DNA from: Ramazzottius varieornatus
Lineage: Eukaryota; Animalia; Tardigrada
Length of the DNA: 64,000 bases
NCBI GenBank assembly: GCA_001949185.1
Contig: BDGG01000005.1
Location: forward strand, 2,643,972-2,707,971
Direction of reading: 5' to 3'
The position numbers and the translations under genes were made by a program. Below the pieces are notes generated by a model. That model saw only the letters and a program-made list of their open reading frames with translations. It ran no database searches and was not told the origin of the DNA. Every line of letters begins with the position of its first letter. Position 1 is the stretch's first letter. Below are positions 1 to 13,832 of this stretch, in pieces.

Positions 1-816
1 GCTCACCGATCTTCAAAGAACGCCCACTGTTCTGCGTTGCTCCATTGATGCCGCACGAAGGGGAAAAGAAAGATGATAGCAAATTAAAGGTAAAGTTCAT
101 GCTAGTCCAAAAACGGAATGGCGTTTATTCATGTGCCCGAAGTTTAGTTGCTCAATAAACTGATTGACCAAGCGCTACTTGATAAACAACCGTACAACAG
201 TGTGGGATGTATGATTTTTTAGATCCAAGGTTGGCTCGACCGTAAAAAGCGCGGATCGGTGGTCTACGTCGCCTTCGGTAGTTTGGTCACACTGCGACCG
301 GAACAGCTGACGGAACTTGGCAAAGCTATCGAAAACCTGGGACGACCTTACATCTGGTCTCTTTTGCCCAATCAATACCCGCATTTACCCAAATCGGTGC
401 AAGAGAGCGTTGACAACTGGGACGGTGACGGTCTGGTCTTGTCATGGGTGCCTCAGAAGCTGATTTTGGCGCATGACAGTGTGGGAGTTTTTGTCAGCCA
501 TTCCGGCCTCAACAGTACGGTTGAATCGTTAGCCGCAGGGAAACCAATGGTCTGTTGTCCCGTCAGCTATGACCATCTGGTTACGGCACAAAGTGCAGTG
601 CAGCATGGAGTGGGTGTATTGATCGGACCCCAGGGTTTCAAAAAAGATGCCGCGTTGATTCCTGCCAAAGACATTGAGGGGACTGTTAGGAAAGTTCAGG
701 AAGAATGTAGGCAGAAAGCCAGCGAGTGGCGAAAGAAGCTCACCCATGCTTGGGATGTCAGCGGCACAACTGCGAAAGAGTTCAATGAACTGGCTACTTC
801 TATTTCAAATATTTAA
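1..816 (+). CDS. UDP-glycosyltransferase (GT1 family), 3' part; intron about 91-222; 5' end outside window
   Basis: The exon from 223 reads IQGWLDRKKRGSVVYVAFGS...WVPQKLILAHDSVGVFVSHSGLNSTVESLAAGKPMVCCPVSYDH, the UGT signature/PSPG box. GT donor at about 91, TTTAG acceptor ending at 222, stop at 814-816. Confidence 0.92.
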
Positions 817-1397
817 CAAATGCAGGAAAATGATAAGTTTCTGCTTATCCGTTGTTTCTCTAAATGACTATCCGTGACATCCTTGACAGAAAAAACGTGG
901 ATCCAGATAGGTGTATGCTTGGTTGGTTACAGTACCGCAAAATCGCTGGGGTCATAAATGAAAGGTCAACAGCAGGAGTTTGTACAGGCAGCCGCCACTG
1001 ATTGGCGTTGTTGTCAGACGATATTTTGAGCAGGTACCGTTCGGCAGCATCGTTGGGACTTTGATCGACCATGAGGAAGCCTGGCTTTCATTAGTACTGT
1101 AGCTTATGAGATCTGTAAGGTCGCCCAGATGGAGTCGGCCTTCTGGCTGGCTCCAAAAACGGATGGTCCATAGTCGTCTCCCGGCCTATAATTATGTCAG
1201 GAACGTGTGCTGCATGTGCTGGTTCTTCACTCTGATGTTTTTCATGAAATGAGAGTAAGATGTTTGGGTGATCTGTTCATGAGCTTTCGCACATATCTAG
1301 ATAACATTTTTCTCGTGAAAGGAATGCGGGTTGATGAACATCTAGGAACGAAAGCATCTGTCTGAACTTCGGGGTATCGTAAAAACTAGAACGGAGA

Positions 1398-4038
1398 CTA
1401 GTCCAGTTGACTGCGGCGTGCAAAGCGTCGAACCTTTCGGTGATGTTTAGAAGACACTTGTTCGAGTAAATCTTTCTTCTTCTCGACAAAATCGAGATCT
1501 ACCGCAGAAAAGCATTGATGGAAAAACCCAAGCGGCCTTTTGATTAACGAGCTAGCGCGTACCTGATATGCTCACTCGATTGGTTTGCCCCGGAGATAGC
1601 CAGAAAGTTTCGACTTCTCCTTTGCCTTAAAGTCCGCGGAAAAACAGTTTCTAGTTGTTTACCAGCTTAAGGTTTTCTTGGTCGCGTTTCTAGTTTACCC
1701 ACTTTGATGGGAATGAGACCTCTCGATTCCAGTTTGAACCCTTCTCGTCCATCCAGCAGCTGATAAGCTGCTGTCGAGATTTGTATTCGGGACGCTGCAG
1801 TGGAATGCACAGTTCCTGAACAAATGTTAACGTGAAACCATGTGAACCAAAGTGTATGTACCTTCGCCAGATGTTTCCATCTTGCTGGCAGTGTTCACCG
1901 TATCGCCGAATCTGCAACAGGAACCAACATGCTTTTCGCTGGAGTGGCACAGAATGTCCTACCGGACAGAGCGGTTACATTGTGTAATGCGGGAGTTTCG
2001 TGCCAATAATTCCCGCGACGACTGGACCTAATCAACAAAAGAGACGAACAATCGTAGCCCAGCTTTTGCAATAAAACACTGGCCAGCAAATACGCGTGAC
2101 TTGTCGAATGCTTGTATCGGTATCTCTCACCAGAATGGATACCAACTCGAGCTTCGAAGACCATCCATTTTCCGAGCCGGTGTTCCTGGACAGTCGGCAT
2201 GGTTCCGACACCGTTCAACATAGCCAAAGCTAGGTTGGCCACCTCAGCAGCAAGCTGGTTCCCCATGTGAACTGGCACACCACCCACAATCTGGAAAACA
2301 GTAGGCAGTTCCCCTCGAGAGCATCATCTTTCAGGTTACAATATACGCAAATACGGTACTCCAAAGTGGACTGGGCTGAAAATGAAATTTTGACTTGTGA
2401 AACAAATATTTCGGCCAGAAGCATTAAGCTGATCAAGCTGCAGCCCAATCGTACATCTTTTCAAAGATGATAGCGTCTTCGGACCTGCCCATTTCTGGAA
2501 TACCTTATTTGCGTACACTGTAGACGTTCGAAGCGGGCGTGAGATACATACCATATAAGAGTCGCGGATAGTTTCTACTTTGAAGACTGTGAAACCAGCC
2601 ACAACAGCGTCCAGTGTGCGACACATGTGTTCCAGTATGGCAAACAACTGGAACGGCGAGACTCTACCGACGATTTCGGAAAAGATGGGTACATCCGAAA
2701 ACATAACCGTCACGCATTCGCAGTACTCGAGATCGATGTCCTCCGCTCGACGCAGTCGGCGGACAATGTCGTATGGAAGGAGGTCACTCAATAAACTATC
2801 CACCCGAACCGCTTCCGCCCTCAAATTTTCAGTTTGCAACAGCACTTTCCTGTAGAAAGTGGACGAAAACATTCACATTAATTGGAGCCAACGACAAATT
2901 CTTCGCGATTGCAAAGCTGTTTCATTCTCGACCTGAAAGACTCGTGCGAATCGGGTGAAATAAACAGTATGGTTCTGCAGCGATGTCCAAATTTCTCACC
3001 GTTATGTCTTCCAGCAACTCTTCAAACTTTGTTTCAGGATCCAGGAGTGCCACCATCAGAATGATATGAGTGTCTGCTCCCGATTCTTGGGCGGATATAG
3101 CTCGCGCCAAATGACGCAGAAAATTGCGTGATGTGTTTACTGGAGTGGCCAACACTTGCACTACAAAACACCAAGGCAAAAGATCGAGAAAAAATAGGAA
3201 AAGTTTGGCAGTATTGTGCCACGACCGTAAGTCGAGTCACGATGCAGTAGCATCCAACCAGATATCAGATTAGTCTTGCCTTTGGGCAGCTCCCATATTT
3301 CGGCCATAACATCGGCTGGGCTGTTTCTCTCGCGAGACGGGACACGGACATCGTACCGAATCACTCCGTCATCGCTCCTTCCTCCGTCCAAGCGGTGGAA
3401 GTTGAACTGGGTGGACCTGCATTCCCAGGTCGTCGAATGGAACCGTTTTACCATGAAATCGCCCATCTCATTCCCGTCGTAAATCAGTGTATACTTGTGT
3501 TATCCATGATGTTGTAGGAATGCTGCGACAGCACGGTCAAACTGCCTCAGTTCACGACTTGCCAGTTGCACTAGAGTAGGGTAGCGTTCTTGACCTGGTG
3601 TGGCAGTTTTCCTTAGAGTCAGAGATAAAGTGACGACGTTTTCTTCTGCTCGTGAAGGGAGAGAACAGAAACAATATCCAGCCTTCCGCCGCGATGTTAG
3701 TCAATGTGATATTAGTCGACTGCAGACATTTCCTTACCTCTACCGAGGTCCCCCAGAAGTGCGAACTCGGTCTTATCGCTGCCCGCTGTCAAAACGTCGC
3801 ACAGGAAAGACGACGCATTCTGGTGTGGCAACCGACAGTTACGGTTCAAGAATAACAGCGTCTTGCGGGCAATGAAATCTTCCGAGATCTGCCCGTAGTA
3901 TGATGCGACGTTTTCCACAGTGTGGGGTAACGCGAGCACGGGATCCAAAACTGCCAGCTTCGTCGTAGCCCGCTCGTAAGCTTCGTTGAGTGAAACGGAA
4001 TTCTTGCACAACAGGAAAACAGGTAGACAGATCTCCAT
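1398..4038 (-). pseudogene. Receptor-type guanylyl cyclase paralogue 1, probably damaged (no TM segment or kinase-homology core recognisable)
   Basis: Exons encode VTVMFSDVPIF...KVETIRDSYMV, GIHSG, GPVVAGIIGTKLPHYT, FGDTVNTASKMETSG, SRIQIS and GKGEVETFWL. The N-terminus MEICLPVFLL parallels copy 2. The region between the ectodomain exon and the cyclase is much shorter than in copy 2, and the acceptor before GKGEVETFWL lacks an in-frame AG. Confidence 0.75.
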
Positions 4039-5145
4039 GGCCGAAGTTTCTTGCTGTCTGAGAACCGGGCTGTTAGCACCGAAACTGCTCCTCGTTGCCA
4101 CTGCACTTTGACATTGATTTGTGAGAGAGGAAAGAGCACAAAGTCAGGATGAGTTCACTGTCTACTAAACATACGTCTGCTTGAAAGGAAACGCGTATGC
4201 AGGAAGCAGTCTACAGCGAGCTTGATTACAAGTCATTCAACAAAACTGGGCGAGGTCGCAGAAGATTACTGCTCGATATTAAAACTGGATGTGATCTGCG
4301 GCTTGGGGATGCCCGAATCCTTTCACCTCGAATCACAATGATTGTATCACCACGATAATACGAGTGACTTTGAGCTGTTTGGAGTGCCGGAGTTATTCAC
4401 AACGTAAACAGTTGCTTTTGGACACTCAGTGTCACAAATTACCGTAATATTTGACTCACAAAGCTCGCGCAATACGTCGTCGTAAACTCTAATCATTTCT
4501 GATGGAAGTGCTACCCGCTGAGACTTATGGGCAATTTGCGAGCTGAGCGTCTATCATGACCTTCCGCTCAACGTTCATGGTTCATCAAGCGTTACAGTGC
4601 GGTATAGCCCGGCAAAATTTTGTTGCCGCCGATACAGTGTGAGGCTATTACGTAATGCTCGCAGAGCTTAGTAATACAACCTTGCATGCGACTTGATACC
4701 CCATGCCAAACCACTTCAGGTGGTCTAACATGGGATTTTTGGGCACGAGCTGTCGTTGCGGAGCTGGTTTTGTTCGTAAGTTTGTGTTTGAGCCCCTCTG
4801 CTGAACTTTGCCCAGTGAAGGGCAAAGTACAACATTAGTGGAGATAAGCTTGTGAATGGAATGTGACTGAGGAGTAGCGAAAGTAGGTCACAAAAGAAGG
4901 AGATAAGGCTATCGCATTGTATTCTGAGTCATACGGAGTAATTCTCGTGAATGGATAAGCTTGTGATAAGTTTGAGGGATCGTGATGCTATGTATCGGCA
5001 GTTGATCTGGTGATCGGACGGACAAAGGCCAGGTGATCGTGAAGACAAAACGTTGAACTCCATAAGCGCGTTTGAATCATGAAAATCTGACCACTGCAGA
5101 GGGAGCTATAAATTGTTGAATGAAGTAAGGGGTGCTCGAGTACTT

Positions 5146-5333
5146 ATTGGAGAGAAGGGAAGGGAAATGAATTTCACATTTCTACCCCGAAGTTTTCACC
5201 GTTCTCACCGAACTATAATTTAATCGATACAACCGTAAGCCATTGATTGACTGATACTCGGAGAAGAACGATGAGAACTTCAGGAAAGAAAAGTTAAATT
5301 CACGTCCCTTCTCTTCCCTTCAGCTACTCCAAT
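5146..5333. mobile_element. Degenerate MITE-like inverted repeat
   Basis: GAAGGGAAATGAATTTCACATTTCT...GAAGTTTTCACCGTTCT pairs imperfectly with AGAACGATGAGAACTTC...AAATTCACGTCCCTTC. Confidence 0.5.
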
Positions 5334-5435
5334 GGTAAGGAAGCAATGACACGGTTCAGAACGCGCTAATCGAAACTTCGAATTGACCCCGTTAAATTTT
5401 AATCAAGAGGAGCAGTACGGAGTCGGAAGAATCAG

Positions 5436-8400
5436 CTACAATAGGTGACGCAGCTTACGATAATGTTTGGTTGAAGGTTTTCCGACAAGAATGGCCGGTT
5501 CATCGAAAAAGTCCATATCTAGACAAGCGCGGTTTTACTAGTACAGCGTTTATTAAAAACTGGAAACAAGCGGACGTAACTTTACCTGAGATACTGACGC
5601 AATTACCTTGGGAGGAGGTGAGCCAGAATGTTTCTACTACGCCTTTGCCCTATGAAGGAAGTGCGGTCACACTACATATACAAGGGCGGAGAGCTCAAAC
5701 AAGATACTTTAAACTACCGATCGAGTGGGACAAGATTGGTCCGGGTCCGTGTAAAAAGACAGGCTGGAACTAGCGGAACCTGCTGTTATGTGTGATGTCA
5801 TATCGATCAGCTGATCGGTACACACGGTTACCAGATATTTCACCCACGATCCGGGGAGTGTTTTTCCACGCCCCCGGACCCAATTCTGTCCCACTGGATC
5901 GGTAGTTTAGAGTACCTTACCTTGCTCCGAACATTGTTTATTTCCCATACCTTGATAGGAATTCGACCTCTTGATTCCATGACAAATTCTTTTCGCCCTT
6001 TTAGCAGATCGCAGGTTGCTGTTGAAATCTGGATGCGGGACGCTAAAAGTGAAACAACGTTATACTGTATACATACTGTACGTGCAAAGGCCACGTGGAG
6101 AAAAGCCCGACAAACTTTCGCCAGAAGTTGCCATCCTACTTGCGGTGTTCACGGTGTCCCCAAATCTGAAAAAACCAGATGGAAGCAAAGAAACAAATGA
6201 TAGTTTCGGAGCAAGGACCAGTCACATCGTGTAGTGCGGTAATTTCGTCCCGATTATTCCTGCTACTACAGGACCTGTTTGAGAAGAAAACTCTGTTCGT
6301 TTAATTGTGGAACGTCGATGGGCTGACAGATGACTCTAGGAGGTCAAGAACTGTACCAGAATGCATTCCGGCTCGAGCCTCGAGGACCACCCGTTCTTGG
6401 AGCTGATAGTCCTGCTCGGTCGGCATAGATCTGACAGTGTCCATCATGGCTAAAGCTAAATTGGCCACTTCGACGGCATGCCGGTTTCCTATGTGAACTG
6501 GAACACCACCCACAACCTACCGCAGAACTACAGTATTCGATAATTGTTTCAGACGACAACCCTGTTCGACTTCCCCTACTTACCATATACGAGTCACGGA
6601 TAGTTTCGACCTTGAATACCGTGAAACCATCTACAACGGCGTCTAGTCGACGGCACATGTGTTCCAGCATGGCAAACAGCTGGAACGGCGAGACCTTACC
6701 CACGATCTCAGAAAAGATGGGCACATCCGAAAACATAACCGTGACAGAGTCGCAGTATTCAAGGTCAATATCCTCCGCTCGACGCAGTCGGCGGACAATG
6801 TCGTAAGGAAGGAGATCACACAACAAATTGTCCACGCGTGAAGCTTCTGCAATTAGGCTTTCGGTCTGAAGAGCCACTTTGCTATTTGGATGAAAACACT
6901 CGTCTGAGCAAATATATCCATGAGTTTCAGATACCGGTGTTATACTGTCCATCTTACGCTTCCAGTTCATTGCTGTAATGTATGAGGCGATCAATGATGC
7001 TGTCACCAAACGACATTCCGGACCTTTGAGGATACACAGCAGTCAGAGTTTGAAGCATGGAATTTAGGTCAGGCCTATCATCCGGCTTTCGGGCCCAACA
7101 TGAATACATTAGCGCGGCCAGCTCGACGGGTGCACTGTCGAGGCCTAGGTCCCGCTGCGTTGGGTCAAATGTACCAGCTCCCATCTTCCGGGCCACATCT
7201 GCAATTTTGAAGGACAAGAGAATAAAGACCTGCAGTTTGTTCCACCCTTTATGCGAATTATTAGAATTCTACGAAATTAAAACCTTCAAACTCGACTTCG
7301 TCACATAGGGCGACGTTGAATGGCGCGTTCCTCGTGGACATCTCATAAAGGATGACTCCAAAACTGTAGGTGTCAGCTGCCTTGGTGAAGCTTTGTCGTA
7401 TGTCTGCGACTACCTCTGGTGCCATCCACAATCGCTGCATGTTCATCACCGGTCCGAAATAGTCGTCTCTTGGTTTTAATTGCTCCGGATGGCTACGGAC
7501 AAGTACGGCCATGTATGGCAGAATGCCGGTTCCAGCCAACTTTAGAGTAAAACGTTCGTCGACGTAGGCGCAAATGCTGGTCAAACATCCGTGACAACGT
7601 AACTTAGATCTGTGGACGTATTTTAGACCCTACACCGAACGGAAAACAGATGCACGTGTACTGATATCTCCTGTTGTGATTGGGAATTCCATGAAATTAT
7701 AAGGGAACAAATGTCCTATGGAAAGGGTGGGATATTTACCAACCAGAAACAGGTCCCACATGAGACAGAAACGAAGGTCCCAGTTCAACGCAAGGCTGTC
7801 GTCATCAATTACATGCCGGAGAAAGCCTTTCGTCGTATGCTCAGCAACGTACACCATGCTTTTCCCATAAATGTGATGGTTGGTGGTCCACATTATGCCA
7901 TAGAACTTACAAACGTTTGGATGATCAATGTCTCGCATCTGCAAACCCAGTTCAACAGAAGGTCCTTCTGTAATGTAGCAGGCTACCACCGCGAAAACAA
8001 GACTGTTAGTGCCACGATCGTGACGGTACGTACAAGTTTTAGAACCAGCTTGGCGAGCTGGTGTTTCTTGACAGTGTGGAAGTCGACGTAAAAAGGGAAG
8101 CTGACGCTAGTCGTGGTAATCCGTCCATCGTACACCATAACGACTCCTTGCATCGACCCCTTCTCGATCGGCACAGCCCATCTGCCAATCGTAGGGATCC
8201 AGGTACGAACGTATTCCATTTTCCTCTCATCGATAACCCAAGCAAGATTTGCAAAACGATGCAGTTTTTGCCTGCAAGAGTCGCGAATAGCCAGACACAA
8301 CTTCGAGAACATCACGATCATTAAATACGGTGAGGCTACTGGTTTCAGTAGATTTCCAACTCTTACCACATACGAGCGAATGATATCACGATGATCATCC

Positions 8401-9385
8401 CCAGTATCACGCCGAACACTGCCGCCACCGCATTGACGCTGCTTGTATCTAGGGTGAAACAAAGAAAGAATGATAGGCATGCGAACAACACGGATTTGCA
8501 GAGTCGCTGACCGTCTGAATTTTGTGGACCATACGAAGCAGTGGTTGATTGTTCGCTGTGTTCTTCAGAAAGGTTCTGCTGAGGGGAGCTCCAAGATCCA
8601 ACAAGCAGCCGTTCCAAAGTCAGCGGATCTGACGGCAGTGTGAAATTGTAAAAGTGGCTGGACTTTTCCAACATGTTTCTCAGACATTGCACCAGATTTG
8701 CTGCAGTTTGTCCACCTTGACCCGAACGTGAGCAGCGATCTGCTCGGGTGCTCAACTATGTAAAAAAATATCGGGCGTTTCACTACCGCAACACAAGGCT
8801 TTGTTTTTCCTCGAAATTCTTACCTGTGCCAAAAGCTGCATGCTTCCGAAGAACGCCTCCCCAACCTGCGTTTGTGAAATCGATGATGAGTTACCGATCC
8901 GAAAAGTCGGTAACTGTACAAGTGTTGGAGAGCGTCCACGATCCAGAAGTGAAGGACTCCGTCTAGTCAAAGACATCACCACCACATTCTCTTCTGCAAC
9001 GGATGGTCTGTTCAATCCACATCAACGTCTATGAGGTGCTGCTGGAATTATTGTGTCTTTAAAAAGTCATTTACAGTAATCTTACAGCACCTCTTCCAAT
9101 ATCGACAAGTAGCGAGGCCTCGGTCTCACTGCTACCAGCAGTCATGATAACACGGACGGGAGCCACAGGGGAAGGAATGAGCAGGGGACAGATGCGGTCC
9201 AAAAAGTAAAAGGTTTTCTCCAAAATGAAAGCTTGCATATCCTGTTCGTCCGATACTTCCACATTCCGGATGATGTTTGTAAACGACACTTGGTCAACGG
9301 CAACCCTTCGGACTGCGGTTTCAAACAAGGAATTCAGCTGTGGAGCGTTCTTGCCCAATAGAAACACGAGCAAGCAAATCTTCAT
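5436..9385 (-). CDS. Receptor-type guanylyl cyclase paralogue 2 (short ectodomain, TM, kinase-homology domain, cyclase); multi-exon, plausibly intact
   Basis: TM segment VNAVAAVFGVILGMIIVISFA. Kinase-homology motifs MRDIDHPNVCKFYG, GLKYVHRSKLRCHG, LWMAPE, DTYSFGVILYEM and CWARKPDDRP. Cyclase motifs FSDV, KVETIRDSYMV, PHYTIFGDTVNTASRMATSG and GKGVVETFWL. GT-AG introns join these. Confidence 0.88.
5707..5912. mobile_element. TA-flanked MITE in a cyclase intron
   Basis: CTTTAAACTACCGATCGAGTGGGACAAGATTGGTCCGGG on the left pairs with CCCGGACCCAATTCTGTCCCACTGGATCGGTAGTTTAGAG on the right; TA lies on both sides. Confidence 0.75.
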
Positions 9386-10152
9386 GGTGGTAGAAAAATG
9401 CACAGTTTGACTGATTGACAAGACGTCCTTACTTATGATTAAACTGTATAAAACTAAGGTTAGCTGGCTTCTAAGGGAACAGCCTTTTGCCCATCAAAAG
9501 GATGTACGTGGGGGAAGTCGGCAATCTGATGACGGTGATTACGGAACTATAAACTCGTATCTCTGAGGTAGCGGAAGGACCGACCCAGGGAGTCCTGAAA
9601 TTACGATTTTCCTATAAGCTGTTAGGGATGTCAAAATCTATGCTTACCGAAAACTTCATTCATTCTCTGACGGTATACGTTCTTGATAATAACCCACCGG
9701 CCACATTTAGATGCACACTGAGTACCGGGTGAAGGTTACGATTTACGAATATGCTTCGGACAATGCATTGACGCACGCCCTTGATTAATTACTCCCATCA
9801 AACCATGTTCATGGTGGATAATGAACGCTCCCATCACGCAGATTAATTTTCGACTTTCAGCGATGATTAAAATGTCATATTCTTTGCAACCTAGCGATCA
9901 ATGCGCGCAGTCAGTAGATCAGACAACAAATTAGCTGGGACACAAGATCCGCACACGGACAAAACGGGTGTATGAGGTTAAACGCCAATATTTTTTCCAC
10001 GGGCGAGGACGGCCAAACCGTTTCTAAGAGTCCTTTTCCCTGTAATTATCGAGCATGAAACGTGGCTCCGAATAATACAAGCAGCTGCGATCGAGAACAA
10101 CATACAGCATGACGTCACAGTCAGCGGTTGTGAAATGAAAGAATTTCTTTTA

Positions 10153-10301
10153 TAGAAGGCTCGGCGAAGCTAAGATAAGCCGCTTTAGCCGTTCTTAGTC
10201 GTGGCTTAAAGTATTTTAGCTGCTTTAGCCGCGGCTAAAATATTTTTAGCCACGGCTAAGAACGGTTAAAACAGCTTATTTCAGCTTCGCTGAAACTTCT
10301 A
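10153..10301. mobile_element. Palindromic MITE (foldback) in a cyclase-3 intron
   Basis: TAGAAGGCTCGGCGAAGCTAAGATAAGC... is the near-complement of ...GCTTATTTCAGCTTCGCTGAAACTTCTA. GAATTTCTTT is repeated at 10141-10150 and 10302-10311. Confidence 0.8.
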
Positions 10302-10433
10302 GAATTTCTTTGTACCTTGATGGGAACGAAGCCTCGTGATTCCAGCACATATTTGCCATTTCCTTTCAGCAGATCGTATGTTGCTTTGGAAATCTGTATC
10401 CGAGAAGTTAACACAATGCATAACGGACTCTGT

Positions 10434-10798
<365 letters not shown>

Positions 10799-10892
10799 TT
10801 TTATTCTGTTCGAATGCTAGCCAAGCTTAGCGCTGTATGAAAAAAATTGGAAGAAGTGAGGCAAGAGCGCCAGGAGAAAAAGCGATAACAAC

Positions 10893-11311
10893 TGGAGCAC
10901 GGAATCTGGCCGCATGCGCTGTACTGCACTGCAGAACAGCTGCAGCGCGTGAACTGACGGAATTTGTGCGGCACAGCACAGCATACAGCAGAGAGCCATA
11001 GACTACCGCGCAGATGCACCTACCGAAACCCAACAAAAACTACAGTTTTTGGGCATTCGAACGTCAGCCGTCTCAGCTTTGCCGTACTTTAAGGCAACGT
11101 ACTCCAGGTTGACTACCGATTTCGTTGACTGAATTACAAACCACGTCAATACATCGGCGTTCCATGCAGTTGCACCAGGTCAACGTGCAGCACAGCACAG
11201 CTGCTTAGCCACTGGGCAAGAAAGTTGTGCAGCACAGCGCAGCGTACAGCGCCCTGGTAATGTGCGCAGCACAGTTACAGCGTACTTTTGAACCTGCGGC
11301 CCAGTGCTCTG
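10893..11311. mobile_element. Non-autonomous hAT-type element inserted in the LINE 3' UTR
   Basis: Ends are TGGAGCAC...GTGCTCTG, with an 8-bp target duplication ATAACAAC at 10885-10892 and 11312-11319. Confidence 0.8.
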
Positions 11312-13707
11312 ATAACAACAGCACAAATTCTTTTTCGTTTTCTTTTCTAAAAATAGCAAGATTTAAACTAGCAGCACCGCGTCAATATGATTTTAGCACC
11401 ACTTAAAATTTGAAAAATTCGGAGCGTCAACATAGTGCTTGAAAGTTCCAAAGGCATTCAAATCAACAGCACTAGGGCAGAACAAAGAGTCTTTTAGCAG
11501 GGCTTCGGCGATGTAAGCAAATGAGCCGATGGTGGAATCAAGGAGGGAACGTGAAGAAGCGGCCATCGAAACTGGACTCAACATCAAGGCCACCCTACTT
11601 CTCGGAGGTGCTGATGGTATCGTTTGAAGTCCGGGTCGTGGCTTTGGTCTTCTTTTTCTGCTGGGCTAAGACGAATGCTTCGAAGGAACTTCTTCTGGAT
11701 CGATTCGAGCTGCTTTTGTAGGCTCTTGGTGGTGGTGAATCAGGAGGAGGATGCGTAGTCGGCAATCGATCGAACCAAGGATGTGAAGAGAAGTTGTTTC
11801 ACTGCTCCATAACGCTTAGGAAAGAGTCCATTGATACCGTAAAGTCTCTGCCTGCACTTTGCCGTAACTTTGTCCACCTGTACTGTCCACTCCATCTTGG
11901 TCGAGAGCTTGACGCCCAAACATTCAGCTTCGCTCACCAATGGAATCTTTTCTCTGTTGATCGTATAGCTGCCACTTGGCACCCCCACTTTCTTCATCTT
12001 ATTTGATATGCACAGATGCGGGGAATTTTCAGGATTCAGCTCAAGGCCAGTTTCTTTGCACCAGTCTTCAAGTCTCTGCAGGTCTTGTTGGAGCAAGGTA
12101 CAATCTTCTTTGCTTTTGATATTCCGCCATAGCACAATGTCATCTGCGTACTGCATCACGGTGCACTGCAGTCTTTTTGCCAAGTTGTTCACAGCAATAA
12201 TGAACAGGATCGGGCCAAGAACCGAGCCTTGCGGGACACCAGACGGGACAACGCACTCTGAAGAGAAGTGTCCCTCGACAGTCACTCTCTGACTTCTTCC
12301 GCGCAGGTAGTCGGACACAGATGCTCCAGCAAAACGAACAGCTGCAATGGCGAGATCTTGCCCACAATTTCTGAGAATATCGGAACGGATGTGAAAAAAA
12401 GCGTGACACATTCGCATTGCTCGACGCTGATATTTTCTCCCGAGCGCAACTTGCGCACTACGTCGTGGGGAAGAAGGTCGCGCAACAGCTTATCCACTCG
12501 ACTAGCTTCTGCTCTTAGAGTTTCCGTCTGGAGCGTCAGCTTCCTGTTCGAAATAATTTTGCTCTCAGAACAAACTCCAGCAGACAGACGATTGAGAATT
12601 TATTATTGATCTTCGAGCTCGTTGCTGTAGTGCATCAGTCGATCTCCAGAAGACATTCCTGATCTTTGGGGGTATACGGACTCTAGTGTTTCGAAGATGG
12701 CGTCGAGACTGGGACTTGTAGAATGTCTCTCGATTCCAACACGACATCATGAGATTCGAGAGCTTGGGAGGAACGGTATCAAGCTTTATTTAAAAATGTA
12801 ACCAGAATTAATTATTATCATTATGTGTTATTTTTTTTTAAATTTTAGTTTAGTTTCCGTCCATATATAACTGAAAAAGGGAGCAACCGACCGGTCGTGG
12901 TTGCCTGCTTTATTGATGTTAGATTATTTACTTTATAAAATTTTCTGTTCTTTGTATTTTTGTTTCTTAGTCTTATTTTGTTTATTATTCTTATACAGTG
13001 TCTTGTTTGTTATTAATTTCATTAATTAATATAATATGGAAGTTTAGCTTTGTGTGCGGGGTGCATTATTTAAAAACGTAACAAAGATCGAGACGAGAAA
13101 TGCAACGACACCTCCCAATTTGTAAGGGATTGCTCGTAAAATAGCGTATGCAAAGAAAAATATCATTCAGGTTGGATGACCAGAGGTAACTAAGCGTTTG
13201 CCGGAATAAAATTTTCCGCGTCTGTGAGAGAAAAGGGAAAACCATAATTAATTATTACAAATACAAATATAATCAAAAGTAAGGAAGTTAAATCTTTTAA
13301 AGAAAATAAGGGTGAAAAGTAATTTTGTCTATCCCCAGGCGCAGACCTAAGAGATTACTTGATTTTTGTTCATGAAGAAAAGTTAAATGTGTAATCACTA
13401 ATAGTCTGATAACGAAAGGTAAAACATAATGAAACAAGAAAAATCGAGCAAGAGTCGCGTCATTTACGAAGCAACCACCTCACACCCACTCGACTAACGG
13501 TGTTCCAATATATGGGATTGGTGACAATAGGTTTGTAATTACCGTCGCCCCCCAATAAAACATTTGACCCCAAGGTAGTACATAACCTAGAAAAGCCGTC
13601 ATTATAGATATTAAAAATATAATTACTCCCCTTTCTTTCTCCAGATGGTCCTCGTAAAAATCTGGAATTTCAAAGTCCCATTTGCCAGTTTAGTTCTTTT
13701 TACATAC

Positions 13708-13832
13708 TGTAAATATTTGCTGCGTCCGCGCAGTACGTACACGTACGTAACGATGCGCAATCCGTGAAACCAGAACGGAGCTGTACTTCACTTGTACGAT
13801 GACGTACTCCGCGGACGCAGCGAATATTTACA
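13708..13832. mobile_element. MITE with TGT...ACA ends and 4-bp TSD (Ginger-like pattern)
   Basis: TGTAAATATTTGCTGCGTCCGCG pairs with CGCGGACGCAGCGAATATTTACA; ATAC is duplicated at 13704-13707 and 13833-13836. Confidence 0.8.

Noticed and set aside
11740-12417. 225-aa ORF suggesting a cyclase-RT fusion protein
   Set aside because: The N-terminal part is an off-frame reading of the cyclase pseudogene joined to a truncated LINE; it is an insertion junction, not a gene.
12780-13700. AT-rich island as a possible foreign or organellar insert
   Set aside because: No ORF, RNA gene or terminal structure recognised; composition alone is insufficient.
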